From Microcoleus sp. (GTDB taxonomy: Bacteria > Cyanobacteriota > Cyanobacteriia > Cyanobacteriales > Microcoleaceae): a stretch of DNA of 64,000 bases. Location: NCBI GenBank assembly GCA_052279835.1, contig CP181291.1, forward strand, positions 320,001-384,000, given 5' to 3'. The notes beneath the pieces are model-generated. The model did no database searches and was not told the origin of the DNA. It saw only the letters and a list, made by a program, of their open reading frames with translations. Position 1 is the first letter of the stretch, and the number at the start of each line of letters is the position of its first letter. This document shows positions 29,347 through 41,719 of this stretch, one piece after another. A program made the position numbers and the translations under genes.

Positions 29347-29436
29347 AAAAAACCCGGTTTCTTCCAAAAATAGTCGTTTTTTTAGACAAATATTTACGCA
29401 GAAACCGGGTTTTTGACTCCCCATGCGTAAGTCCTG
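29347..29436. repeat. AAAAACCCGGTTTCT / AGAAACCGGGTTTTT palindromic element
   Basis: Second copy at about 53480-53544. Confidence 0.7.
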
Positions 29437-29490
29437 TCTACGTTGCTTAATAGTATAAACTACATCAAACCGATGACTAATCACTCACAA

Positions 29491-30246
29491 CTAAGCTTTT
29501 TTTTCAAATACCATTAAATGCTGCTGAGGTAACATTTCCTTCGTTTGTTTCCAAACTAAACCCACCGCTGCCATTTCTTTTTTTACTTGTTTTTGCGTCA
29601 TTTTGTGCAAACCTTTAATCGGCAGTAAGGGGTTTTCGCCTCGATACTCGATGGATACTGTGCGTCCTCCCGGTTTCAGTGCCTTGACAATGCCTTGCAT
29701 CATCTCTCTCGGATATTCAAATTCGTGATAAGCATCCACCATGACAACTAAATCTACACTGTTTTCTGGTAAATTCGGGTCAGTGATACTACCCAAAAGA
29801 GGCTCAACATTAGAGATATTTTTCTCAATCTTATTCAATTCTAAAAATTTTAGCATTTGCGGCTGCACATCCACGGCAAAAACTTTTCCTTGTGGAACCA
29901 AGGGTGCAATCCGAAAGCTAAAATATCCGGTTCCTGCGCCAATATCTGCCACAATATCTGTTGGTTTTAAATCGAGATTATTCACTAATCTGCCTGATTT
30001 CTCTTCCATGCCACGAGAAGGTCTTTCCAGCCACCCAGCCCCTTCATATCCCATGACTTTAGCGATTTCTCGACCCATATAAAATTTACCTATTCCATCG
30101 GGATTATGGATGGTGCGCTGCTGATAAATATCGTTATTTTTGGCAGTTTCACCTGCGATTGCTACACCAACATTGAGTTGTAATAGACAAAATATTGCCA
30201 AGAAAATTGCTGATATTGAATTAATAATTTTTTTGGTATTTTTCAC
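29491..30246 (-). CDS. Class I SAM-dependent methyltransferase with signal peptide
   Basis: VADIGAGTGY; VDAYHE; LKPGG. Confidence 0.88.
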   Translation of the reverse strand: MKNTKKIINSISAIFLAIFCLLQLNVGVAIAGETAKNNDIYQQRTIHNPDGIGKFYMGREIAKVMGYEGAGWLERPSRGMEEKSGRLVNNLDLKPTDIVADIGAGTGYFSFRIAPLVPQGKVFAVDVQPQMLKFLELNKIEKNISNVEPLLGSITDPNLPENSVDLVVMVDAYHEFEYPREMMQGIVKALKPGGRTVSIEYRGENPLLPIKGLHKMTQKQVKKEMAAVGLVWKQTKEMLPQQHLMVFEKKA

Positions 30247-30331
30247 AATAATCCTGAGCTTATGTTTGTAGTTTCTTGGGAACGCCGATGCTTGGGCTTT
30301 GGTTCGCCAAGAGCGAGCAATAATTCCCGAT

Positions 30332-31351
30332 TTAATTAACAGCAGACTCTAACAATCTAATTGTACCATAACGTGCATCAATTTCAACTTCTTGACCGAT
30401 CGGCAAAGTGAACTTATCTCGAATATGACCGATGGCAGAACCGTACCAGGCAGGAATTTTCAAGGGGCGGATATGATCGGACAAAACTTGAGTTAAGGTG
30501 AGAGATTCTTTTGGTGTTTCGGGGTCACACTTGGTACATTGTCCGAAAATAAAACCGGATATTTGATCCAGAATGCCAGCTAACTTGAGTTGAGTCAACA
30601 TTCGATCGATGCGATAAACTTCTTCGCTAACTTCCTCCACAAACAAAATATTGTTTTGCCAATCTGGCAGATACCCGGAGCCAATCATAGTTGAGATCAC
30701 TGAGAGATTCCCACCGATCAGCTTTCCCCTAGCTTTGCCTTCTCTAATAGTTTCAATATCCATTTTTTGAGGATTTTGGCAAGTTACAGTATCACCCTCA
30801 AACAAAACTTTTTTCAGATAATCTACTGTAAAAGAACTCCAGCTAGATACACCCAAAGGTCCGTGAAATGTGACCAGATTAGTTTTAGTATGAATAGCTA
30901 ATAAGAGCGCTGTCACATCGCTGAAACCGATAATTATTTTCGGATTGTTACGAATTATGTTATAATCGAGAAGTGGCAAGATGCGACCGCATCCCCAACC
31001 GCCCATACCAGTGAAAATAGCTTGGACTGAGGAGTCGGCAAAGGCGTTATTGACATCGGCGGCGCGATCGGCATCTTTACCAGCTAAGTAGCCGTAGCGG
31101 TCGTAAAAATGTTTTCCCAATTTAAGTTTTAAACCCAAGAGTTCGGCAGCTTTTAAAAAAGGTTTAACTTCCTTTTCGTAGGCGAAAGCTGCGGGATTGA
31201 TTAAAGCTACAGTATCACCTAATTGCAGGCGGCGTGGTAAGATAGGAGTTGAGGATTTGGGTAAGATATTGGATTGAGCGATCGGTAATAATTGAGTACC
31301 AATAGCAGTTAGTCCAAAAGTTCGGAGCAGATAGCGACGGGGTATAACCAT
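30332..31351 (-). CDS. LD-carboxypeptidase (S66), Tat-like signal
   Basis: GFSDVT, GGNL, LFVEE, IGH; RR near the N-terminus. Confidence 0.9.
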   Translation of the reverse strand: MVIPRRYLLRTFGLTAIGTQLLPIAQSNILPKSSTPILPRRLQLGDTVALINPAAFAYEKEVKPFLKAAELLGLKLKLGKHFYDRYGYLAGKDADRAADVNNAFADSSVQAIFTGMGGWGCGRILPLLDYNIIRNNPKIIIGFSDVTALLLAIHTKTNLVTFHGPLGVSSWSSFTVDYLKKVLFEGDTVTCQNPQKMDIETIREGKARGKLIGGNLSVISTMIGSGYLPDWQNNILFVEEVSEEVYRIDRMLTQLKLAGILDQISGFIFGQCTKCDPETPKESLTLTQVLSDHIRPLKIPAWYGSAIGHIRDKFTLPIGQEVEIDARYGTIRLLESAVN

Positions 31352-31425
31352 GGTGAGAAAATGAGCGGTGGTATGATTGTATAATAAAATATATGTTGTG
31401 TTTATTTTGATTTGGAAATTATCCC

Positions 31426-32859
31426 ATGAAAACAGACAGTAAAATATCAGCTAAAAAATCTTGGGCGAAACCTTTCGCCAGTCCCGCTACCGAGTTTCCA
31501 CTGACTAAACTATCAGTTAAAAGTGGTCAAATCCCCCCCGGATTTCGCGGGAGTCTCTACCGCAACGGGCCTGCTCGTTTGGAACGCGGAGGTGTTGCTG
31601 TGGGACATTGGTTTGATGGCGACGGTGCTATTTTGGCCGTACATTTTACTGATGCTGGTGCTAGTGCTGTCTATCGTTACGTGCAAACAGCGGGATATCA
31701 AGCTGAGGAAAAGGCTGATAAATTTCTCTACTCTAATTACGGTATGACAGCACCGGGTCCTGTTTGGTTAAGGTGGACTAAAACTGTTAAAAATGCTGCC
31801 AATACTTCTGTTTTAGCTTTGCCCGATCGCCTTTTAGCATTGTGGGAAGGTGGCCCGCCTCACCGCCTCGATTTGGAAACTCTGGAAACCTTGGGAATGG
31901 ACGATTTAGGCAGTTTAGATAGTAACTTTGTGTATTCCGCTCACTGCAAGCGCGACCCGATTACTGGGAATATTTTCAACTTTGGAATTACCAATGGTGC
32001 GACTACAAAGTTAAATCTGTATAAAAGCGATTTTACTGGCAAAGTCGTACAAAAATCAACTGTTACCTTAGATGGAATTTACGCGCTCCACGATTATGTT
32101 TTTGCGGGAAAGTATTTGATATTTTTTGTACCGCCGGTGCAAGTCAATTTTTTGCCATTGTTAGCGGGAATTAGCAGTTATAGCGAGTCCTTTAAGTGGA
32201 AACCGGAATTAGGAACGCAGATATTAGTTTTTGACTCGGAAACTCTATCTTTAGTTAGTCGCGGCGAAACCGAGGCTTGGTTTCAGTGGCATTTTGCTAA
32301 CGGTTTTGTCAAGGAAGATGGCGATGTGGCGGTTGATTTTGTGCGCTTTGCTGATTTTACAACTAATCAGCGACTGAAAGAAGTAGCGACTGGTGAAACT
32401 CACACCGATGCAGAGGGTACTCTTTGCCGAGTGCATCTCAATCCTCTAACGGCGAAAGTGACAGGAATAGAAGAATTGTTGGATAAACCTTGCGAGTTTC
32501 CCATCGTACCGGCGGCCGAAGTAGGACAAGACTCCCGCTATATTTATGTGGCAATGTATCGACCTCAAGTAGATATTGTAGCGGAACGTTATGGCGCGAT
32601 CGCCCGTTTGGACACGCAAACCCGCAATCTCACAATTGCCGACTGTGGCGAAAATCGCTATCCCGCAGAACCCATCTACGTTCCAGATATTTCCTCAGAA
32701 AAAGGTTGGATAGTAACAGTTGTTTACGACGGCAATTCTGATAAAAGCGAAGTCTGGATCTTTGATAGCGACGGGCTCGATCGCGCTCCTGTTTGTCAGC
32801 TAGAATTGCCTAGTGTCATACCTTTAGGGTTTCATGGTACTTGGAAAAATGCTGTATGA
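31426..32859 (+). CDS. Carotenoid cleavage oxygenase family protein
   Basis: LYRNGP, HWFDGDG, SAH, HD, WHF, EFP, EPIYVP, GFHG. Confidence 0.92.
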   Translation: MKTDSKISAKKSWAKPFASPATEFPLTKLSVKSGQIPPGFRGSLYRNGPARLERGGVAVGHWFDGDGAILAVHFTDAGASAVYRYVQTAGYQAEEKADKFLYSNYGMTAPGPVWLRWTKTVKNAANTSVLALPDRLLALWEGGPPHRLDLETLETLGMDDLGSLDSNFVYSAHCKRDPITGNIFNFGITNGATTKLNLYKSDFTGKVVQKSTVTLDGIYALHDYVFAGKYLIFFVPPVQVNFLPLLAGISSYSESFKWKPELGTQILVFDSETLSLVSRGETEAWFQWHFANGFVKEDGDVAVDFVRFADFTTNQRLKEVATGETHTDAEGTLCRVHLNPLTAKVTGIEELLDKPCEFPIVPAAEVGQDSRYIYVAMYRPQVDIVAERYGAIARLDTQTRNLTIADCGENRYPAEPIYVPDISSEKGWIVTVVYDGNSDKSEVWIFDSDGLDRAPVCQLELPSVIPLGFHGTWKNAV

Positions 32860-33052
32860 GCAGATTGTAAAGAAGTGTTGCAGAAGATTTATTAAAAATT
32901 GTTGCTGCTTTAGCTTCTAGTTGTTAAGGTGTGTGTAGAGAGGTAATTCTCGTATATAGGAGGCGTGAAAATTATGCTCTATATTGCTCAAAAATCCTCT
33001 GTTTTTTCCCGGCTAATAGAATTACCGGCTACACAGGAAAACACCGCCAATC

Positions 33053-33257
33053 CAGGCGAATCTCCGGCGAATTCCCGATGAATTCCCGGTGAATTCCCGA
33101 TGAATTCCCGGCGAATCTCCGGTGAAATCCCGATGAATTCCCAGCGAATCTCCGGCGAATTCCCGATGAATTCCCAGCGAATCTCCGGCGAATTCCCGAT
33201 GAGGTTCCGATGAATTTCCGGCGAATTCCCGATGAATTCCCGGCGAATAAAATTCGC
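33053..33257. repeat. Tandem 10-11 bp GAATTC-containing repeats
   Basis: Many GGCGAATTCCC / GATGAATTCCC / GCGAATCTCC units. Confidence 0.9.
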
Positions 33258-33532
33258 GGCTACACACACAAAGTCCGCCTGCGCGGACTCAAGATAGAGG
33301 CAAATTCAGCCAAAGTTGGTATAATTGTTCACCGGGTTTTCCCACCTCAAGTTTGTCTGCTTGAATGAGGTTTACTTATCAGATTCCTGACCAATTTCTG
33401 GCACATCAAAGTTTAGTTCAACTCACGGGTACGTTGTCGATTCAAAAGTTTTGAGTTAACTCCACAAACTTCACAACTCACAACTTATAACTCCGTACCC
33501 GGTGAGCACTTCAAATCCAGAGGTTTAAATCT

Positions 33533-34354
33533 ATGCAGCTTCAAGGAAAAACAGCTCTTGTGACAGGGGCTTCTCGCGGAATTGGGCGCTCCATCGCCCT
33601 GGAATTAGCCAAACAAGGCATCAAACGTTTGTTGATTGTGGCGCGCAATCGCCAGCAATTAGTTGAATTAGCGACTGAAATCGAAGTTTTTGGTGTAGAA
33701 GCAGTGCCATTAGCTTTAGATTTAACTCAGTCGGTAGCAGTGAATATTGCGATCGCCCAAGCGTGGCGAGATTGCGGCCCAATTCACCTCCTAGTCAACT
33801 GTGCAGGTGTCGCGCACCAAGCATCATTCTTACGTTCCCCAGTCCCATTAATCGAGGAAGAAATCGCCTTAAATTTACTGGGAACTTACACAGTTACGCG
33901 CTTAATAGCCAGGAGAATGGCGGCCCAAAGAGACGGAACAATTGTCAATGTTTCGAGCTTAATGGGCAAAATTGCGGCTCCCACAATGGCAACTTATTCT
34001 GCTACTAAATTTGCCATTTTGGGCTTCACCCAAGCTTTACGCAGCGAGTTGACAGCGTACAATGTTCGAGTCACAGCTTTGCTCCCGTCGCTAACAGATA
34101 CCGACATGGTGCGAGACTTGGAGCAATTTCGGTGGGTGGTGCCGACAACTCCCGAAAAAGTTGCCCAAGCGCTGGTGGCGGGATTGCACAAAGACGCGCC
34201 GGAAATCTTGGTAGGATATCAAAGTCATTTAGCAGTTTGGTGTCACCGAATTGCGCCTTGGCTGCTAGATTTTGTGTTGCGGATGGCGACTCCCCAACTT
34301 TCGGATAAAGCGGGCGATCGCAAATTGCGAGAGGTTTTAGCTAGCGGGCGATAA
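33533..34354 (+). CDS. SDR family oxidoreductase
   Basis: TGASRGIG, NCAG, YSATK. Confidence 0.93.
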   Translation: MQLQGKTALVTGASRGIGRSIALELAKQGIKRLLIVARNRQQLVELATEIEVFGVEAVPLALDLTQSVAVNIAIAQAWRDCGPIHLLVNCAGVAHQASFLRSPVPLIEEEIALNLLGTYTVTRLIARRMAAQRDGTIVNVSSLMGKIAAPTMATYSATKFAILGFTQALRSELTAYNVRVTALLPSLTDTDMVRDLEQFRWVVPTTPEKVAQALVAGLHKDAPEILVGYQSHLAVWCHRIAPWLLDFVLRMATPQLSDKAGDRKLREVLASGR

Positions 34355-34423
34355 ACCTTTTTAGTAGGGCGGGCTCTTCGGCCCAAGGCGTGTCAACTTA
34401 AGCTGTCAGCCCGCCCACCCGGT

Positions 34424-34690
34424 AGTCCGCCAGGGGTTGAAACCCCTGTCTAATAGCTAAAGTCCTCGCTATGAGGACTGAGAAGAATAATTTTTGGCGT
34501 TGCTGATTCACGGTAGGAATCAACTTTTCGCTTGATGTTACAAAACTCACCATACTTGTCTTATAGCAATTGGGAAATCTGAATTCTTACCTGTATTCAG
34601 AAACGCCCAGCAACGCCGAATTTTTAAACTCATTAGTCCTCATAGCGAGGACTTTAGCTATGAGACAGGGAATTCATTCCCTGTCGGACT
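34424..34690. mobile_element. Nested non-autonomous elements (outer long inverted repeats, inner GGCGTTGCTG element)
   Basis: Outer ATAGCTAAAGTCCTCGCTATGAGGACT / AGTCCTCATAGCGAGGACTTTAGCTAT; inner GGCGTTGCTG(34496) ... CAGCAACGCC(34617). Confidence 0.7.
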
Positions 34691-34707
34691 GTCGGACTGG
34701 CTGTATA

Positions 34708-37700
34708 TCATTTCCACTCGCCCTGAAGGGTAAAAGCTGCCCAATAATAAGGAGACTGCCATTTTTCATCCTGCATCATTTCCATCTGCGCCGCCCTCAA
34801 TGCTGCCGCGGTTGCTAACTTTTCTTGCAGCATTTTTTGATAAAACTTTTGCATCAATACAGAAGTTCCTTCATCATCCACATTCCACAAACTCACCCCT
34901 ACCCGCTGCGCCCCCGCATACATAAACCCCCTAGTTAATCCCACCATTCCCTCGCCTTGAATATTCTGCCCCAGTCCCGTCTGACAAGCACTTAAAACTA
35001 CTAAATTTGCTGCCAGTTTCAAGTTGAAAATATCCGTGAGGCGCAAAAAGCCATTGACAAGATTTCCCTTGTCATCCACCATCGACATCATAATTCCTGA
35101 CAGTTCGGGATTTTGACTGTTGGCGATGCCGTGGGTGGCAAAGTGAACGATTTGATAATTGGCTAAATTGCCGTTGGTAGCGGTAGCGCGACTGGCCGCA
35201 AAATCAAATTGTTGAGTTTTAGCAACTGAAGGTACTAAACTTAATATGATGTCGGCTTCTTTGCGGGTAAAGGGCAGGCGTTTGGGCGGCCATGACATAT
35301 TAGCAGCGCGGCTCGCTCGATTTAAACCGAGATTATTTGATTCTAACTTTTCGGTAGTTGCTTGAGTAACTTTACCCTTGACTCGTTCATCATCTAGACT
35401 GAAAACCGGATCGGCTAAAATTGCTAAAGTTTGACTTGGCGGTTTTCTGTCAGCGTTATTTTGCCTGAGAATACCGAGAGTTGAGGCGGAAGGAAGGGTA
35501 ATAATTTCATGTCGGGAAATTAAGAAATTACTAGCATTTTTTCCTGCTGTCTGTGTCAGTGATAAAGCCGCAAAAGGAGTATAGTGCAGCACGCCGTCGG
35601 GAACAATTAACAGGCGTTTGTGTCCTAACTGGGCGGCGGCTGGCTGTAAAATTAACTGACTCAAAGCTGCACTGGCTTCGGCAACTTTTTGGGGAAGTTC
35701 TCTCAAACGCGGGTTAGTTACAGTGTCTCGAAAATTCTTGGCTGCTGTCTCAATATCAACCTGTTTGGGAAGTTCGTAGCTGGTGATTCCGGTTGATGTC
35801 ACTAACCACAAATAACTGCGGTCTTTGCCGAGGGAATATTGCAATAAAATCGTGTTTTCATCGAGAATCTGTTTTTGAATTTCTGGCAGCGTTAAAGGTT
35901 GGGGTTGGGTGAGGGAGGCATAGCGGGGGCTGGTACTGCGAATTTGGGTTTGATTTTGCTGGTATTGTTGCAGTAATTCCCGCCGTTTATTGTCGATTTC
36001 AGCGATTTTAGTGGGATTGGGGTTGGGACTGCTGATTGTTTCGATGCGCTGCTTTTCTGTGGTGTCTAGTTGCTGTTTCAAGCTCTTTTCTTGTTGCAGC
36101 AAATCGGGGGAAATACCCTCGCGAATGTTGGCATTACTTTCAGAGAGGAGTTCTAGGAGGCTGCGGGCTCTCGAACGTTCGCTGGCTTCTAAGGCTTTAG
36201 TATCGTAACCGGATTTAGGATTAGTTTTATGCAGTTGCATTAACAAATCGATGTAGAATTCGTAATAGTCTTGTACTGTGGCAAAGTAGGAGCTGCGGAG
36301 TTCTGGGCTGGCTATTTTGGTGCGGAGGTTTTCGATGATTTGGAGAGAATATTCAATATTTTTGAGGGCTTCGGTAAGATTGTTTAGATCGCGTTTGGCA
36401 TAAGCCATGCTGTAAAGACTGAGGGCTTCCTGTGTGCGATCGCCCACAGCCCTAGATAGGGGAAGAGACTGGTTGTAATACTCTAGCGCTTTGAGTTGTT
36501 CTCCCAATGCTGAGTAGACTAAGCCGATGTTGTTGAGGGTGCCAGCTTCTCCTGAGCGATCGCTCACGGCCCGATATAGGTGAAGGGACTGGTTGTAATA
36601 CTCTAGCGCTTTCTGTTTTTCTCCCAAATCTGAGTAGACACTGCCGATGTTTTTGAGGGTGCCAGCTTCTTTCGCGCGATCGCCCAGGGCCCGAAATAGG
36701 GGAAGGGACTGGCTGACATACTCTAGTGATTTCTGTTGTTCTCCCAATGCTGAGTAGACACCGCCGATGTTGTTGAGGGTGGTGGCTTCAAGAGAGCGAT
36801 CGCCCAGGGCCCGAAATAGGGGAAGGGAGTGGCTGTAATATTCTAGGGCTTTGAGTTGTTCTCCCAATGCTAAGTAGACATTGCCGATGTTGTTGAGGGT
36901 GCCAGCTTCTTTCGTGCGATCGCCCACGGCCCGAGATAGGGGAAGAGACTGGCTGTAATACTCTAGCGCTTTCTGTTTTTCTCCCAAATCTGAGTACACT
37001 AAGCCGATGTTGTTGAGGGTGCCAGCTTCTCCTGAGCGCTCGCCTACTGCCCGACTCAAGGGCAGGGACTGATTGTAATACTCTAGCGCTTTGAGTTGTT
37101 CTCCCAATGCTGAGTAGACACTGCCGATGCTGGTGAGGGTGGCAGCTTCTCCTGAGCGATCGCCTACTGCCCGACTCAAGAGCAGGGACTGGTTGTAATA
37201 CTCTAGCGCTTTGAGTTTTTCTCCCATATCTGAGTACACACTGCCGATGTTTTTGAGGATGGCAGCTTCTCCTGAGCGATCGCCCAGGGCCCGACTCAAG
37301 GGCAGGGACTGGTTGTAATACTCTAGCGCTTTGAGTTTTTCTCCCAATGCTGAGTAGACACTGCCGATGCTGGTGAGGGTGGCAGCTTCTCCTGAGCGAT
37401 CGCCCAGGGGTCCGACTCAAGGGCAGGGATTGGTTGTAATACTCTAGCGCTTTGAGTTGTTCTCCCAAATCAGAGTAGATATTGCCGATGTTGGTGAGGG
37501 TGGTGGCTTCCTGTGAGCGATCGCCCAGGGCCCGACTCATGGGCAGGGATTGGTTGTAATACTCTAGCGCTTTGAGTTTTTCTCCCAATGCTGAGTAGAC
37601 ACTGCCGATGTTGTTGAGGATGGCAGCTTCCTGTGAGCGATCGCCCAGGGCCCGACTCATGGGCAGGGATTGGTTGTAATACTCTAGCGCTTTGAGTTTT

Positions 37701-38608
37701 TCTCCCAATGCTGAGTAGACACTGCCGATGTTGTTGAGGATGGCAGCTTCCTGTGAGCGATCGCCCAGGGCCCGACTCATGGGCAGGGATTGGTTGTAAT
37801 ACTCTAGCGCTTTGAGTTGTTCTCCCAAATTTGAGTAGACATTGCCAATGTTGATGAGGGTGCCAGCTTCCCCTCGGCGATCGCCGAGAGTCCGATATAG
37901 GGGAAGAGACTGGCTGTAATACTCTAGCGCTTTGAGTTTCTCTCCCAAATTTGAGTAGACTAAGCCAATCTTGATGAGGGTGTTCGCTTCCCCTCGGCGA
38001 TCGCCCAGGGCCCGACTCAAGGGAAAGGACTGGCTATAATACTCTACCGCTTTGAGTTTTTCTCCCAAATCTGAGTACACAGCGCCGATGTTGTTGAGGA
38101 TGCCAGCTTCCAGTGAGCGATCGCCTACTGCCCGACTCAAGGGAAGGGACTGGCTGTAATACTCTAGTGCTTTGAGTTTTTCTCCTAAATCTGAGTATAC
38201 AGCGCCGATGTTGTTGAGGGCGATTGCTTCTCCAGGGAGGTCGCCCACGGCGCGACTTATAGGTAGCGACTGGCTGTAATACTCTAGCGCTTTGAGTTTT
38301 TCTCCCAAATCATCCCAGATATTACCGATGCTAGTGAGCACCACAACTTCTTTCGTGCGATCGCCCGCTTCCCGAAACAATTTTAATGCTTCTTCCAACT
38401 TGACGAGCGCACCTCTTTTTGCTTCTGCTGTTCCTTGATTGTAGAGTTGTTCTGCTTCTTTGACAGCTTTTTGGGCAGCCTTCCTAGTGCTAATTTGTGC
38501 CGTTTGTACGGCTTTACCAACGGGTACGGTTGCTGCTACTGGCTGACTTAACTGAAGCGAAAGCGCGATCGACATTCCAGCTAAAATCAATTGAGGGCGA
38601 TCGAACAT
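34708..38608 (-). CDS. Secreted TPR-repeat + CHAT (caspase-like) protein, about 1299 aa; +1 frameshift at 37407-37410
   Basis: Signal peptide, 40-aa TPR units, HFATHG and LSACQTG. The two ORF-track pieces join if one G of GGGG is removed. Confidence 0.88.
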
Positions 38609-38739
38609 AACTACCCCTTTGGTATTTTTTTTAATCTTAATCATTAGCCCGCTTAGTGTAAAGGCGGGAATTGATAATTGGTAATTGGTAATTGCTTGAG
38701 AAAGTATCTCACTTACATGATTTTTTTTTAACTATCATA

Positions 38740-41679
38740 TCACTTCCACTCCCCTTGCAGCGTAAAAGCAGCCCAATAATAGGGAGAATTCCATTTTTCC
38801 TGTTCCATCATTTCCATCTGAGCGGCTCTTAAAGCTGCGGCAGGTGATAACTTTTGTTGGAGCATTTTTTGATAAAACTTTTGCATCAATACCGCAGTTC
38901 CTTCATCATCCACATTCCACAAACTCACCACCATTCGTTGAACACCTGCATACATAAAACCTCTGGTTAATCCCACCATGCCTTCGCCTTTAATATTCTG
39001 GCCAATTCCCGATTGGCAAGCACTTAAAACTACTAAATCTGCGGACAATTTTAAGTTAAAAATATCTGTGAGTCGTAAAAAACCATTGACAAGATTGCCC
39101 TTGTCATCTACCATCGACATCAGAATTCCTGACAATTCTGGATTTTGACTGTTGGCAATGCCGTGGGTTGCCAAGTGAAGGATTTGATAATTGGCCAAAC
39201 GGCCATCGGTAGCAGTAGTGCGACTGGCATCAAAATCTAAATTTTGACTGCTAGAAGCTGAAGGTACTAAACTTAAGATTGTTTGGGCTTCTTGGCGGGT
39301 AAAGGGTAGGCGCTGGGGCGGCCATGCCAGATCGGAACTACGCAGCGATCGACTTAAACCCTGGTTCTGAGATTCTAACTTTTCCGTTGTTGCTGGCGTC
39401 AGCTTTCCTTTGATTCTTTCATCATCTGGACTAAAAACTGGATCGGCTAAAATTGCTAAAGTTTGAGTGGGTGGTTTTCTGTCTCCGTAATTTTGCCTGA
39501 GAATGGCGAGAGTTGAAGCGGAAGGTAAAGTGATAATTTCATGTTGGCTGATTAAGGGAAGGTAGGAATTTTGTCGGCTGGTTAGGGAAATAGTTAAAGC
39601 GGGAAAAGCGGTATAGTGTAAAATACCATCGGGAACGATTAATAAGCGTTTATCGCCTAATTGGCTGGCGGCGGGTTGTAAAATTAATTGACTGAGATTT
39701 GCACTGGCTTCGGCAACTTTTTGGGAAATATTTCTCAACCGGGGGTTGGTAACGGTGTCTCGGAAATTTCGGCTGGCGGTTTCTATCTCGGCGCGTTTTG
39801 GTAATTCATAGGTAATTAGTCCCTTTTGGCTAATCACCCAAAGATAACTGCGGTCTTTGCCGAGGAAATATTGCAATAAAATAGTGTTTTTATCGATAAT
39901 TTGTTTCTGAATTTCTGGGAATGTTAAAGGTTTGGGTTGGGTAAGGGCTGCATACCGGGGGCTGGCGGTACGAATTTGGGTTTGAATTTGCTGATATTCT
40001 TGCAAAAGCGCGAGCTGTTGTTTGTCTATTTGTTCGATTTCCGTTGGGTTGGGATTGGGGAGGCTAACTGCTTCGATGCGCTGTTTTTCAATGGCATTTA
40101 GTTGCTGTTGCAAGCTCTTTTCTTGTTGAAGTAAATCGGGTGCAATGCCTTCGCGAATGTTGGTGTTTGTTTCTTGGAGGAGTTCGAGGAGGCTGCGGGC
40201 TCTCGAAAGTTCGCTGGCTTCTAGGGCTTTTGCATCATAACCAAATTTAGGATTAGTTTTGTGCAGTTGCATTAACAGGTCAATGTAAAATTCGTAGTAG
40301 TCCTGTACGGTAGCAAAGTATGAGGTGCGGAGTTCTGGGCTGGTAATTTTGGTGCGGAGATTTTCGATGATTGTGAGAGAGGCTTGAATGTGATTGAGGG
40401 CTTGGTTAAGATTATTTTGGTCGCGTTTGGTAACAGCTATATTGTAAAGGATACCAGCTTCAATCGATCGCTCGCCGATGGCCCTACTCAGGGTGAGCGA
40501 CTGACTGTAATACTCCAAAGCTTTCTGTTTATCTGCCAAATTTGAGTAGATACCCCCGATGTTGGTGAGGGTGATAGCTTCGCCCCGACGATCTCCCACT
40601 GCTAAAAGTAGGGGAAGGGATTGTTTGTAATACTCTAAAGCTGTCTGTCGATCTCCGAAATAGTTGTGGATGTTACCTATGTTGCTGAGAGTGATAGCTT
40701 CGCCTTTAGCGTCGCCTACGGATCGTTTCAGTTTCAGCGACTGGCTGAAATAGTCTAAAGCTTTGTGTTTTTCTCCCAAATCGTCGTAGATGATGCCAAT
40801 GTTGTTGAGAGTGATGCCTTCGTGCCCGATTTCGCCCAGTGCCCGAAGCAGGGGAAGGGATTGTTTGTAATACTCTAAAGCTGTTTGTTGCTCTCCCAAA
40901 TAGTGATAGACAGCCCCGATGTTGTCGAGGGTAACAGCTTCCTGGGAGCGATCGCCGACGGCGCGACTCAGAGTAAGAGATTGGTTGTAATAATCTAAAG
41001 CTTTCTGTTTTTCTCCCAAATTGTCGTAGACACCCCCGATGTTGCTGAGGATACCAGCTTCGTGCCAGCGATCGCCAATAGTCCGAATTAGAGGAAGGGA
41101 TTGGCTGTAATAGTCTAAAGCTTTCTGTTGCTCTCCCAAATTTGAGTAAACTAAGCCAATGTTGGTGAGGGTGATAGCTTCAAGCGATCGATCGCCTAAA
41201 GTCCGACTGAGGGGAAGGGATTGGCTGTAATACTCTAAAGCTTTCTGTTTTTCTCCCAAATTGTCATAGACAGCCCCGATGTTGTTAAGGGTGATAGCTT
41301 CCTGTGAGCGATTGCTAGTAGCCCGACTCAGGGGCAGGGATTGGTGGTAATAATCTAAAGCTGTTGGTTTCTCTCCCAAATCGTCGTAGATTCTGCCAAT
41401 GTTATTGAGCGTGATTGCTTCTTTGGCGCGATCGCCAGATTCCCGATACAGCTTTAATGCTTCTTCCCATTTGGCGATCGTACCTCTTTTTGCTTCGGCA
41501 GTTCCTTGCTGATAGAGTAGTAATCCATCATTTAATGCTTTTTGGGCCGCCTCGATAGTGCTATTTTGTGCTGTTTTTACGGCTTCCTCAACAGGCGTGG
41601 CGGCTGCACCGGGCTGACTTAACTGAAGCGAAAGTCCGATTAATATACCAGCCAAAAACCATCGAGTGCGATCGAACAT
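38740..41679 (-). CDS. Secreted TPR-repeat + CHAT protein (paralogue)
   Basis: TPR units, [24 protein letters not shown]. Confidence 0.92.
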   Translation of the reverse strand: MFDRTRWFLAGILIGLSLQLSQPGAAATPVEEAVKTAQNSTIEAAQKALNDGLLLYQQGTAEAKRGTIAKWEEALKLYRESGDRAKEAITLNNIGRIYDDLGEKPTALDYYHQSLPLSRATSNRSQEAITLNNIGAVYDNLGEKQKALEYYSQSLPLSRTLGDRSLEAITLTNIGLVYSNLGEQQKALDYYSQSLPLIRTIGDRWHEAGILSNIGGVYDNLGEKQKALDYYNQSLTLSRAVGDRSQEAVTLDNIGAVYHYLGEQQTALEYYKQSLPLLRALGEIGHEGITLNNIGIIYDDLGEKHKALDYFSQSLKLKRSVGDAKGEAITLSNIGNIHNYFGDRQTALEYYKQSLPLLLAVGDRRGEAITLTNIGGIYSNLADKQKALEYYSQSLTLSRAIGERSIEAGILYNIAVTKRDQNNLNQALNHIQASLTIIENLRTKITSPELRTSYFATVQDYYEFYIDLLMQLHKTNPKFGYDAKALEASELSRARSLLELLQETNTNIREGIAPDLLQQEKSLQQQLNAIEKQRIEAVSLPNPNPTEIEQIDKQQLALLQEYQQIQTQIRTASPRYAALTQPKPLTFPEIQKQIIDKNTILLQYFLGKDRSYLWVISQKGLITYELPKRAEIETASRNFRDTVTNPRLRNISQKVAEASANLSQLILQPAASQLGDKRLLIVPDGILHYTAFPALTISLTSRQNSYLPLISQHEIITLPSASTLAILRQNYGDRKPPTQTLAILADPVFSPDDERIKGKLTPATTEKLESQNQGLSRSLRSSDLAWPPQRLPFTRQEAQTILSLVPSASSSQNLDFDASRTTATDGRLANYQILHLATHGIANSQNPELSGILMSMVDDKGNLVNGFLRLTDIFNLKLSADLVVLSACQSGIGQNIKGEGMVGLTRGFMYAGVQRMVVSLWNVDDEGTAVLMQKFYQKMLQQKLSPAAALRAAQMEMMEQEKWNSPYYWAAFTLQGEWK

Positions 41680-41719
41680 AGTCAGCCCTTGTGTATTTTA
41701 TTTAATCTTAATCATTTTT

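Noticed and set aside
32988..33269. Two short repetitive ORFs
   Set aside because: By-products of the GAATTC repeat tract lacking stops.
36788..37400. Arg/Ser-rich C-terminus of the 618-aa ORF
   Set aside because: Out-of-frame reading of TPR repeats after the +1 frameshift.
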